The position numbers and the translations under genes were made by a program. From an uncultured Gammaproteobacteria bacterium (GTDB lineage Bacteria > Patescibacteriota > Microgenomatia > Levybacterales > UBA12049), in the NCBI GenBank assembly GCA_964477485.1, contig CAYZEE010000001.1, forward strand, positions 1-58,903: a stretch of 58,903 nucleotides of DNA, written 5' to 3'. Positions within the stretch are counted from its first letter, which is position 1; each line of letters starts with the position of its first letter. Below, in pieces: positions 35,828-43,546 of this stretch. The notes beneath the pieces were generated by a model, which was given only the letters and a program-made list of their open reading frames with translations, had not been told where the DNA came from and ran no database searches.

Positions 35828-37081
35828 ATGCAGGTAGTTATTTTAGCAGCCGGCAAGTCAAGCCGCTTTCAACCATATTCCAATTTTGGACACAAATCCC
35901 TTATAACTATTTTGAGCAAGCCTATCATTCAACACAGCGTAGAATCTATAAAGAAGGCTGGTATTTCGGATTTAATAGTAGTAGTTTCAGAAAACTCTAT
36001 GATAAAGAATGTTTTGGGCGATGGTAAAAATCTTGGTGTAAAAATTAGATACGTGATACAAAAAGAACCCAGCGGAGGAGGAAATGGTCTTCTTCTTTCA
36101 AAAAATTACATAAAAGGAGATTTTTTCCTTCTGAATGCATCCCGCGTTGATTTCTTGGAATATAAGAATCTTATGATGAGTAAAAAGACCTTAAAGGATA
36201 AGGGGGTTCTTCTGGCAAAAAGAGAAAAGAACCTGGATAAATTCGGAGCACTGAAGATTTCTAAAGATAAGGTAATCGATATTATAGAAAAACCACAAAA
36301 AGGTGAAGAGCCATCGGATCTGAGATTGGTTGGTATTTATTTATTCTCAAAAGAGTTCTTTAAAATACTTGGGAAAACTCCGGACGGTCATTACAGACTA
36401 GAGGAGGCAATTTCATCATTTGTAAAGAGACAGAGCGTAAGGTTTGTTAAAACAAAGGAAGATGTGCCGTCTCTTAAATATTCATGGGATTTGCTGGATG
36501 TTAAAAATTATTTACTTGGGAAAATAAAAAAATCTATAGGAAAAAATGTTGTTATTGCAAAGAGCGCGGAGATTATAGGAGATGTGGAAATTCAGGACGG
36601 AGCAAATATTATGGAGGGAGCGAAAATAAAAGGCCCGTGTTTTATCGGGAAAAATTCAGTTGTTGGCAATAATGCGATTCTGCGGGGCGGAGTTGATATT
36701 GAAGAAAACTCTCTAATCGGAGCAAATATGGAAGTGAAAAATAGTCTGATAATGAAAGGTGCAAAGACGCATTCCGGTTTTATTGGAGATTCTGTTGTCG
36801 GCGAGGATTCTCGCATCGGTGCTGACTTCTCAACCGCCAATGTAAGACTTGATAGAAAAAATATTGCGTCAGTTGTTAAAGGTATTAAGGTGGATACAGA
36901 CTTAAGTCATTTTGGGGCAGTTATTGGCAGCAATGTTCATATCGGGATAAAGTCCTCTACTATGCCGGGAATAATCATAGGACAAAACGCAACCATTGGC
37001 CCATCCACCGTAGTTCTTAATAATGTTGAGGCCAACGCTAAATACTATACAAAGTTTCAGGAAATAATTATTAAGAAATGA
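35828..37081 (+). CDS. Bifunctional sugar-1-phosphate nucleotidyltransferase / LbH acetyltransferase (GlmU-like)
   Basis: N-terminal VILAAGKSSRF nucleotidyltransferase fold and a C-terminal hexapeptide-repeat domain (IGKNSVVGNNAILRGGVDIEENSLIGANMEVKNS..). Context is next to murA. Confidence 0.7.
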   Translation: MQVVILAAGKSSRFQPYSNFGHKSLITILSKPIIQHSVESIKKAGISDLIVVVSENSMIKNVLGDGKNLGVKIRYVIQKEPSGGGNGLLLSKNYIKGDFFLLNASRVDFLEYKNLMMSKKTLKDKGVLLAKREKNLDKFGALKISKDKVIDIIEKPQKGEEPSDLRLVGIYLFSKEFFKILGKTPDGHYRLEEAISSFVKRQSVRFVKTKEDVPSLKYSWDLLDVKNYLLGKIKKSIGKNVVIAKSAEIIGDVEIQDGANIMEGAKIKGPCFIGKNSVVGNNAILRGGVDIEENSLIGANMEVKNSLIMKGAKTHSGFIGDSVVGEDSRIGADFSTANVRLDRKNIASVVKGIKVDTDLSHFGAVIGSNVHIGIKSSTMPGIIIGQNATIGPSTVVLNNVEANAKYYTKFQEIIIKK

Positions 37082-37554
37082 CCAAGAATAAAATTGTCCT
37101 TTTTGACATCGACTACACACTTTTCGACACAGGTGCATTCAAAGGAAGCAATCTGAAGGTTTATAAGCTTTATAAAGAAACAAGAAGCGTATTGAGAAAG
37201 CTAAGTGAGGCTGCAGAGATTGGTATCTTTTCCAAAGGAGAGGATGAATTTCAGAGGAAAAAACTTAAGCAAACTTTAATTGATGGGCATTTTCAGGAAA
37301 AAAACATACATATTTTTCTTGATAAAAGCGACAATATAGAGAAGGTTTTAGAAAAGTACAAAGGTTGGATTATTTTCCTGGCTGATGATAGATTGGATGT
37401 TCTTTATCAGGCTAAGCATTTTGATAATTCTGTTGTCACGATTTGGGTAAAAAGAGGTCCATTTGCGGAGAAAAAAAATGAAAAAAATGATTTTACGCCT
37501 GATTTCGGAGTTTTAAATCTTGAAGAAATTGTCCCGATAGTCCGTGATTCATAG
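37078..37554 (+). CDS. HAD-superfamily hydrolase (small)
   Basis: Motif I VLFDIDYTLFDT, with later K and DD (LADD) motifs. Confidence 0.65.
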   Translation: MTKNKIVLFDIDYTLFDTGAFKGSNLKVYKLYKETRSVLRKLSEAAEIGIFSKGEDEFQRKKLKQTLIDGHFQEKNIHIFLDKSDNIEKVLEKYKGWIIFLADDRLDVLYQAKHFDNSVVTIWVKRGPFAEKKNEKNDFTPDFGVLNLEEIVPIVRDS

Positions 37555-37560
37555 TCAGAT

Positions 37561-37590
37561 TTGACAAATAATAAGTTTTAATGATAAAAA
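37561..37590 (+). promoter_or_regulatory. Promoter TTGACA-18 nt-TAAAAA, 7 nt upstream of ATG 37598 (leaderless-type)
   Basis: TTGACA at 37561-37566 and tgaTAAAAA at 37582-37590, followed by tatacaa and then ATG. Confidence 0.4.
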
Positions 37591-37597
37591 TATACAA

Positions 37598-38998
37598 ATG
37601 AGAAAGTATCTTATACTGCTTCTAATACTTGCTTTCTTCTCAATTTTTCTAGGAAGCGCTAAGGCGTTTTCGCTCCAAACAGATAGAATAATAATAAAAT
37701 TTCATTCAAAAACGCCATCTTATGTTCAGGAAGACTCAATAAAAAACCTCGGTATTACAAAAAAAGAAAAGTTAAAACTTTCTGATACCTTCTCTCTTAC
37801 GGTTCCAAAAGGCAAGGCTCGAGATTTTATTAATAAATTTTCGAAAAACAAAAATATTGAATACGCGGAAGAAGATCATATTGCAAAAGCGCAGGAAATA
37901 CCAAATGATCCATATTTTCCAAACCAGTGGGGACTTTCAATAATTCAGGCGCCCTCCGCATGGAATATAACACATGGCTCATCAAATGTGGACATAGCAA
38001 TAGTTGATACGGGAATTGACGGAGTTCATTCGGATTTATCATCAAAAATCGTCGCGTCCGCAGATTGTACAATTTCCATAAACTGCGTTGATACGGCGTC
38101 TGTTGATGATAACGGTCATGGAACTCATGTTGCGGGGATTGCGGCAGCAGAGACTAATAATGGCATCGGAATTGCAGGAACCGGCTATAACTCAAGTCTT
38201 ATGTCTGTAAAAGTTCTTGATAGTTCAGGGAGCGGTTATTATTCGTGGGTCGCAAATGGTATAGTCTGGGCAGCAGATCATGGCGCGCGTGTAATAAATC
38301 TAAGTCTCGGCGGGCCATATCCATCTTCTACGTTATCAAATGCTGTTTCGTATGCATGGAATAAGGGCGCGGTTGTTGTCGCAGCAGCAGGAAACAACGG
38401 CAGTACCTCTCCTCTTTATCCTGCATATTATCCACAAGTTCTTTCGGTTGCCGCGACAGATCGGAATGATAATATAGCCTGGTTTTCAAATTATGGTTAT
38501 TGGGTAAAAGTGGCAGCTCCCGGAGTTGACATATTTTCTACTTATAATAACGGAGGTTATGCAATTTTATCGGGAACCTCAATGGCGACTCCTTTTGTTT
38601 CAGGAGTTGCGGGGCTTGTCTTTGCCGATCATCCAAGCTGGACGAACACACAAGTCAGAAACAAGATTGAATCCTCAGCAGACCGAATTTTTGGGACCGG
38701 TTTTTACTGGCAGTATGGGAGAGTAGATGCATGTGGCGCTGTTGATTGCAACACGTCAATAAGTCCAACACCGACTCCGACTCCTACTCCAGCTCCATCT
38801 CCTACTCCAACCCCAACTCCGACACCGACGCCTTCTCCGAGTCCTTCTCCAACATTAACTCCTACTCCAACCCCGACGTCAGTTCCATCTCCGACATCTA
38901 CGCCAACTCCTACTCCAGGCGGCCCGCCGATTCCTCCTCCGCCGCCTCCGCCGCCAACTCCCTGGTGGTGCACCATCTGGCCATTCTTGTGCAAATAG
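37598..38998 (+). CDS. Secreted subtilisin-family (S8) serine protease with I9-like propeptide, long Pro/Thr/Ser linker and short Trp/Cys-rich tail
   Basis: Signal peptide present. Catalytic triad blocks [19 protein letters not shown] and [12 protein letters not shown]. The C-terminus is [14 protein letters not shown]...[26 protein letters not shown]. Confidence 0.9.
   Translation: MRKYLILLLILAFFSIFLGSAKAFSLQTDRIIIKFHSKTPSYVQEDSIKNLGITKKEKLKLSDTFSLTVPKGKARDFINKFSKNKNIEYAEEDHIAKAQEIPNDPYFPNQWGLSIIQAPSAWNITHGSSNVDIAIVDTGIDGVHSDLSSKIVASADCTISINCVDTASVDDNGHGTHVAGIAAAETNNGIGIAGTGYNSSLMSVKVLDSSGSGYYSWVANGIVWAADHGARVINLSLGGPYPSSTLSNAVSYAWNKGAVVVAAAGNNGSTSPLYPAYYPQVLSVAATDRNDNIAWFSNYGYWVKVAAPGVDIFSTYNNGGYAILSGTSMATPFVSGVAGLVFADHPSWTNTQVRNKIESSADRIFGTGFYWQYGRVDACGAVDCNTSISPTPTPTPTPAPSPTPTPTPTPTPSPSPSPTLTPTPTPTSVPSPTSTPTPTPGGPPIPPPPPPPPTPWWCTIWPFLCK
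38766..38962. repeat. Low-complexity Pro/Thr/Ser-coding region (imperfect ACNCCN repeats) ending in a poly-Pro run
   Basis: Read directly. It also creates the spurious G/V-rich antisense ORF at 38704..39033. Confidence 0.85.
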
Positions 38999-39043
38999 CT
39001 TCTTGACAGGCAGGTATATAATAGTATGGCCAAAGCTTAGCTT

Positions 39044-39547
39044 ATGAGAAATATTAAAATTCTTGTTATCTTCCTTATTGTTATTTATGTAGTTACATTA
39101 CTGCAGAGAGGTTTTTTTAATGCTTCAAACAAAGCAAAAACTGCTCCTCCAAAGAAAATAATTTTTCCAACTGTTTCTGCTGTGCCGACTCCAACGCATG
39201 CTACTTCTCAAACCCGGAACTTAAGTCACCCAAATACTCCAACTCCGACTCCCGCGGTCCAGAGTCAAACCATCTCTGGCGATTTTGTCTATCCGGGTTC
39301 AACAAAGATAAGCGGGGACAATAATAATCTTATACTTTCAAGCACCCAGGATCCAAATACTATCACCAATTGGTACAAAGATAAAATAACAAGTTCGGGC
39401 GCAAATGCAAAATCATTTGTAACGACCAATACAAACGGAAATGCTCTAAATAAGCTGGTTGGAGCAGGAAGCTCATTCAGAATAAGCGTTGAAATATCCA
39501 GACAGAGCGGCGATACAACAACTAAAATTTCAGTAAGCCTGCAATAG
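39044..39547 (+). CDS. Membrane-anchored exported protein with PT-rich linker (167 aa), unknown function
   Basis: N-terminal TM segment, then the linker VPTPTHATSQ..NTPTPTPAV, then a small globular domain (FVYPGSTKI...WYKDKI...). Confidence 0.55.
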   Translation: MRNIKILVIFLIVIYVVTLLQRGFFNASNKAKTAPPKKIIFPTVSAVPTPTHATSQTRNLSHPNTPTPTPAVQSQTISGDFVYPGSTKISGDNNNLILSSTQDPNTITNWYKDKITSSGANAKSFVTTNTNGNALNKLVGAGSSFRISVEISRQSGDTTTKISVSLQ

Positions 39548-39557
39548 ATTTTAAAGT

Positions 39558-41045
39558 TTATTTCTTTACAAATACCCCCGAATATTTGTCACTCCATACC
39601 ATGTTCCACTTTTTCTCTTTTACCAGCTTAATAAGTCTTCTATAAACCGGTTTATCATATGACATATAAGCCGCATCATAACCTGTTTTATTGATGTCCG
39701 TTTGGTTTTGCTCAATTGCATAATACCGGTCAAACCCGCTGTAGCCCTTTTGGTCTCTCCATAAGTGCATTCTTCCGTCAATAGTCGGTTTTATCCTGGG
39801 GTAATTCCAGATAAGCCACCCGCCCCAATTATAAAGTGTAAAAAGTTTTTTCTTCTCTACATTATTTTTTAGAATAAAATTTGCTGCTTTTCCCGAACAG
39901 TAATAATGACTGCAAAATTTATTCCAGGAAAAATTATAATAACTTGATAAAGGAAGTTTAAAATAGAAAATCGGAATACCTATAAGAAGAAAAATTATGG
40001 TCCCCGATACATACTGATGTTTTTTCTTATTAGGTTCAAGGAAATGCGCAAGAGGTTTTAAAAGAGGAATAGATAAATAATACATCATCCAGGCATATCT
40101 TCGGACAAAAACAGAAAAAACAAGGGTTACCAGGAATACTGAAATTTCAGGAGCTCTTTTTATAATTTTATTTTCGGCAAATAAAATAACTGTACCCCAG
40201 AAAGCAAGAACCGAAACCAGGATAAGATTCCACCATGAAGTTGATAAATCATTAAAAGGCAGATACTCGGCAATTAGTTTTAAATCTGGACTTACGTGAT
40301 TTAGAACATCTTGATAGATTCTAATACCGTATGGATTGACTAAGGTAAAACTTGCTGAGACAAAAAATACAATCCCTAAGAGTCTTTTCTCCGAAAGTAC
40401 CTCCTTTAATTTAATTTTCAACATAAAATAATTATTCAAGAGTTTTACAGCAGCCCACCCGAAGAAAAGCAATAGCCCTAGTAAAAATTCTCCATTAGTA
40501 TTTGCCCATAGTAAAAATAAAAACGGAAGAAAGTAAATTGCTTTTTTATTCTCCCGATAGATACTAAGTATATAAAATAGTATGCCAAGAAATAGAAGGC
40601 TCAATAATTGGCCGCGGAAGGAAATTGAGTTTACTGGATCCATAAAATAAATCACAAGAGGAAAGATTAAGGATTGTTCAAAGAAGGAAAGTTTGGCGGC
40701 TTTTGAGAAAAAATAAAAAGTAAGAGTTATTACCAGCGCTCCAAGAATAACAACGCCCAGAAATCCAAAATTATGATACGCAAAATATGAAATTAGATCG
40801 GTAAACCATGAAGTATTTGCCCATTTATAACCGGGCATTAACTGGGAGAAAGTGTTGGTGCGAAGAAGCTTGCCATGTTGGAAAAAATACTGTCCGTATT
40901 TTAGATGCCAGCCGAAATCCGGATCTGTCGGAACATATAAAGATGCAATGAAAACAAAAATATAAGGAATAAATTCCAGCATGAGGCAAAGTATAACAAT
41001 ATTTTCGGGTATTGACAAGGAATTTAGCCCTGTGATATAGTCCAT
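39558..41045 (-). CDS. Polytopic (about 12 TM) GT-C-like membrane protein
   Basis: First external loop carries an acidic motif (VPTDPDFGWHLKYG). Many TM segments and a C-terminal soluble domain. No named family recognised with certainty. Confidence 0.55.
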   Translation of the reverse strand: MDYITGLNSLSIPENIVILCLMLEFIPYIFVFIASLYVPTDPDFGWHLKYGQYFFQHGKLLRTNTFSQLMPGYKWANTSWFTDLISYFAYHNFGFLGVVILGALVITLTFYFFSKAAKLSFFEQSLIFPLVIYFMDPVNSISFRGQLLSLLFLGILFYILSIYRENKKAIYFLPFLFLLWANTNGEFLLGLLLFFGWAAVKLLNNYFMLKIKLKEVLSEKRLLGIVFFVSASFTLVNPYGIRIYQDVLNHVSPDLKLIAEYLPFNDLSTSWWNLILVSVLAFWGTVILFAENKIIKRAPEISVFLVTLVFSVFVRRYAWMMYYLSIPLLKPLAHFLEPNKKKHQYVSGTIIFLLIGIPIFYFKLPLSSYYNFSWNKFCSHYYCSGKAANFILKNNVEKKKLFTLYNWGGWLIWNYPRIKPTIDGRMHLWRDQKGYSGFDRYYAIEQNQTDINKTGYDAAYMSYDKPVYRRLIKLVKEKKWNMVWSDKYSGVFVKK

Positions 41046-41080
41046 TTATTAAACCCCTGCCCCCATAGGCGCATTTTTTT

Positions 41081-41719
41081 ATGGAAGAGAATATTAGTCC
41101 TAACGAAACCAGACCCAGTAGAATAAGACAGTTATATAGAGGAAATTCTCCGACAAAATTTTTGAGCAAAAAATATCTCCCGGCTTTTGTTCTTATAGTA
41201 ATTGTAATTATAGTTATCCTCATAGGAGTTAAAGTAATTTCAGGATCTTCTTCATCTTCGGACAATCAGAATCCGCAAAATGTCCAAATTGAAAAACCAT
41301 TAGCAACTGCAAATATAAATAAAACATTTGAGTTCCCTATTAAAAACGATAAAGGAAATGTGGTTGGAAAACTTACTTATGTTGCGCAGACAGGGGAACT
41401 TGACAGGCAAGTTATAATACAGGGCAAAGTTGCAACGGCAATTACAGGGAGAATGTTTCTTGTGCTAAATCTTAAGCTTGTAAACAATCAGGATAAGGGC
41501 GTAACGATTAACACGAGAGATTATGTACGCCTTTCGGTTAACGGAGACACAAAGGAGATGCTTGCCCCTTCAATTTATAATGATCCTGTAAGTGTCCAGC
41601 CGATTTCGACGCAATTTGCCAGGCTTGGTTTTGCTGTAAATACAACCGATAAAAACTTTATGCTTCAGGTTGGAGAGATTGACGGTAAGAAAGAAATGAT
41701 CAAGCTTAATTTTAAATAA
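41081..41719 (+). CDS. Membrane-anchored exported beta-sandwich-like protein (DUF4352-like?)
   Basis: N-terminal TM segment, an S-rich linker, then ..GRMFLVLNLKLVNNQDKGVTINTRDYVRLSVNGD.., resembling DUF4352-type domains. Confidence 0.5.
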   Translation: MEENISPNETRPSRIRQLYRGNSPTKFLSKKYLPAFVLIVIVIIVILIGVKVISGSSSSSDNQNPQNVQIEKPLATANINKTFEFPIKNDKGNVVGKLTYVAQTGELDRQVIIQGKVATAITGRMFLVLNLKLVNNQDKGVTINTRDYVRLSVNGDTKEMLAPSIYNDPVSVQPISTQFARLGFAVNTTDKNFMLQVGEIDGKKEMIKLNFK

Positions 41720-41721
41720 AA

Positions 41722-41967
41722 ATGGTGCAATCTCAAAAAGATAAAGCTGCAATACTAAGCGAAATACAAAAAGCTCTGGACGATATGATTTTTGGAAGTG
41801 TCGAGCTTTATGTGCAAAACAGCAAAGTTACCCAGATAACAGTAAGACACATTAAAAAAACCAGTATGCCTACAAAGTATGAAAACGAAAAGTTAGAAAT
41901 CGGTAAGAATGCAAAGAAACTATTGACAAACAAAAAAAATGCCAATATACTTGCTAATATAGATTAA
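41722..41967 (+). CDS. YezD-like small protein (DUF2292-like)
   Basis: ILSEIQKALDDMIFGSVELYVQNSKVTQITVRHIKKT matches the YezD pattern (..GSVxIxVqdgkVvqIe..). Confidence 0.55.
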   Translation: MVQSQKDKAAILSEIQKALDDMIFGSVELYVQNSKVTQITVRHIKKTSMPTKYENEKLEIGKNAKKLLTNKKNANILANID

Positions 41968-42149
41968 CTTAGTAGGATAAGCTGACCGCAAACGGAGGCT
42001 TTTTCACCCAACCCAGAGAGAAATCGAAGGGTCGGATGAAGGAGTCTCCGTTTTTGGTTCAAAACAAAAACCGAGAGCAGGAAGTGCAATCCGCCCCGAG
42101 TTTATCGAGGGGAGAAAGGAAATATACAAAGGGAGGAGGTGAAATATAA

Positions 42150-43418
42150 ATGAATGCAAAAAAAAGAATAGCAGTAGCAATTGCAACCGGAGCGCTTTTA
42201 CTTAACGCATTTGCACCACTGGCTTTTGCAGATACATCTATTGTTATTTCTGGCAATGGTAGTAATTCAAACAACACAACAAATGTTGTTACATCTACCA
42301 ATACGACAGTTCAACAAAGTAATTCGGCAAATGTCACAAATAATGTGACATCCAATGCAACAACAGGTGGAAATGACGCAAGTGCAAACACCGGAGGAAA
42401 CGTAACAGTCTCAACCGGCAATGCCAACAATAACACAACTGTTTCAACAGCTGTTAATGCAAATCAGGCGCAGGTATCAGGCTGCGGAACTTGCAACGGC
42501 GGCAACACAAGCGTTACGGTTTCCGGAAACGGCTCGGATTCAAATAACCAGGCGAACTTAACTACCGGGAATGAAACAAATGTAGTTCAAGGTAACCAGG
42601 CAAACGTTAAAAACAACGTTAATGCGAGTTCAAATACCGGAAGTAACGATGCGAGCGCAAACACCGGAGGAGACGTAACTGTTAGAACCGGAAGCGCCTC
42701 GTCTAATGCAAATGTTTCTACAACCGCAAATGCCAATGTGGCGCAGGTTGGAGGAAATGGCGGCTCTGGTTCACTTAGCCTTGTAATTTTAGGTAACGGG
42801 ACAGAGAGTCAGAACAGCATTGGTTTGTCAAGCGACAATTCAGTTTTGCTTTGGCAAGGTAATTCGGCAGTAGTCACGAATAACGTTAATGCTAATGCAA
42901 AGACTGGAAATAACGACGCGAGCGCAAATACCGGAGGAAACGTAACAGTCTCAACCGGCAATGCCGACGCAGGTGTTAATGTTGACAATATGGTCAACTT
43001 TAACTCTGCAGAAGCCGGATGCGGCTGCGATGTAACTGTTTTGGCAAAAGTTGCGGGAAATGGAGAGGACACCCAAAATAATATTTATGCCGACTTAGGC
43101 AATAGCTTGGGAGTCTTCCAGGATGTTGGGGAAGGCATGGGCGCTGAGAACATGGCCCTACTTACCAATAACGCCAATGCCACTTCAGGAACCGGAGGAA
43201 ACAACGCAGGTGCAAACACTGGACTCGTTTCAGGTGATGCTGTTTATGAGCAAACCGGAAACGCAACCAACAGCACAAACGTTGACAACTCAGGAAACGT
43301 AAACGTATTCGGTTCGGTTCTTCCTTTGCCAATGCCATTCAGCAATCTTAGCTTTTCAGCTAATTTTTCAGCTGTTTGGGCGGCATGGGGTGCTTTTTTA
43401 AGCAATATAGGAGCCTAA
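42150..43418 (+). CDS. Secreted Asn/Gly/Thr-rich repeat protein A (4 modules, no anchor)
   Basis: Strong SD (GGGAGGAGGTGA). Signal peptide ..LNAFAPLAFA/DTS. Four 86-94-aa modules and a hydrophobic/aromatic uncharged tail (LPLPMPFSNLSFSANFSAVWAAWGAFLSNIGA). Confidence 0.85.
   Translation: MNAKKRIAVAIATGALLLNAFAPLAFADTSIVISGNGSNSNNTTNVVTSTNTTVQQSNSANVTNNVTSNATTGGNDASANTGGNVTVSTGNANNNTTVSTAVNANQAQVSGCGTCNGGNTSVTVSGNGSDSNNQANLTTGNETNVVQGNQANVKNNVNASSNTGSNDASANTGGDVTVRTGSASSNANVSTTANANVAQVGGNGGSGSLSLVILGNGTESQNSIGLSSDNSVLLWQGNSAVVTNNVNANAKTGNNDASANTGGNVTVSTGNADAGVNVDNMVNFNSAEAGCGCDVTVLAKVAGNGEDTQNNIYADLGNSLGVFQDVGEGMGAENMALLTNNANATSGTGGNNAGANTGLVSGDAVYEQTGNATNSTNVDNSGNVNVFGSVLPLPMPFSNLSFSANFSAVWAAWGAFLSNIGA
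42231..43313. repeat. Four tandem ~86-94-codon modules (boundaries ~42231, 42513, 42780, 43038)
   Basis: Protein-level repeat: [IV]x[IV]xGNGxxSxN..QxNxAxVxNNVxAxxxTGxNDASANTGGxVTVxTGxA... At DNA level, a perfect 35-nt copy (ccggaggaaacgtaacagtctcaaccggcaatgcc) occurs at 42391-42425 and 42931-42965. Confidence 0.9.
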
Positions 43419-43479
43419 GTTCCTATGTAGTGTAGGGCAGTTTCGGCTGCACTTCATCGAAACGCCCTACACACGGAAC
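43419..43479 (+). promoter_or_regulatory. Long interrupted stem-loop (5+9+6 bp) starting at the first nt after the stop codon of protein A; no U-tract
   Basis: Paired segments are gttcc/ggaac (43419-43423 with 43475-43479), gtgtagggc/gccctacac (43430-43438 with 43464-43472) and gtttcg/cgaaac (43440-43445 with 43458-43463). The loop is 12 nt. Confidence 0.6.
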
Positions 43480-43546
43480 GAAAATCAAAATTAAAAAGAA
43501 AATAAACATTAAAAACTAAAAAAATAAAAATTTGAAAGATAAAGAT

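Noticed and set aside
38704-39033. A 109-aa G/V-rich minus-strand ORF, and the plus-strand ORF 38746..39006, over the 3' end of the protease gene.
   Set aside because: They are mirror-image or off-frame readings of the (ACNCCN)n Pro/Thr linker. The S8 protease frame is continuous with its catalytic domain.
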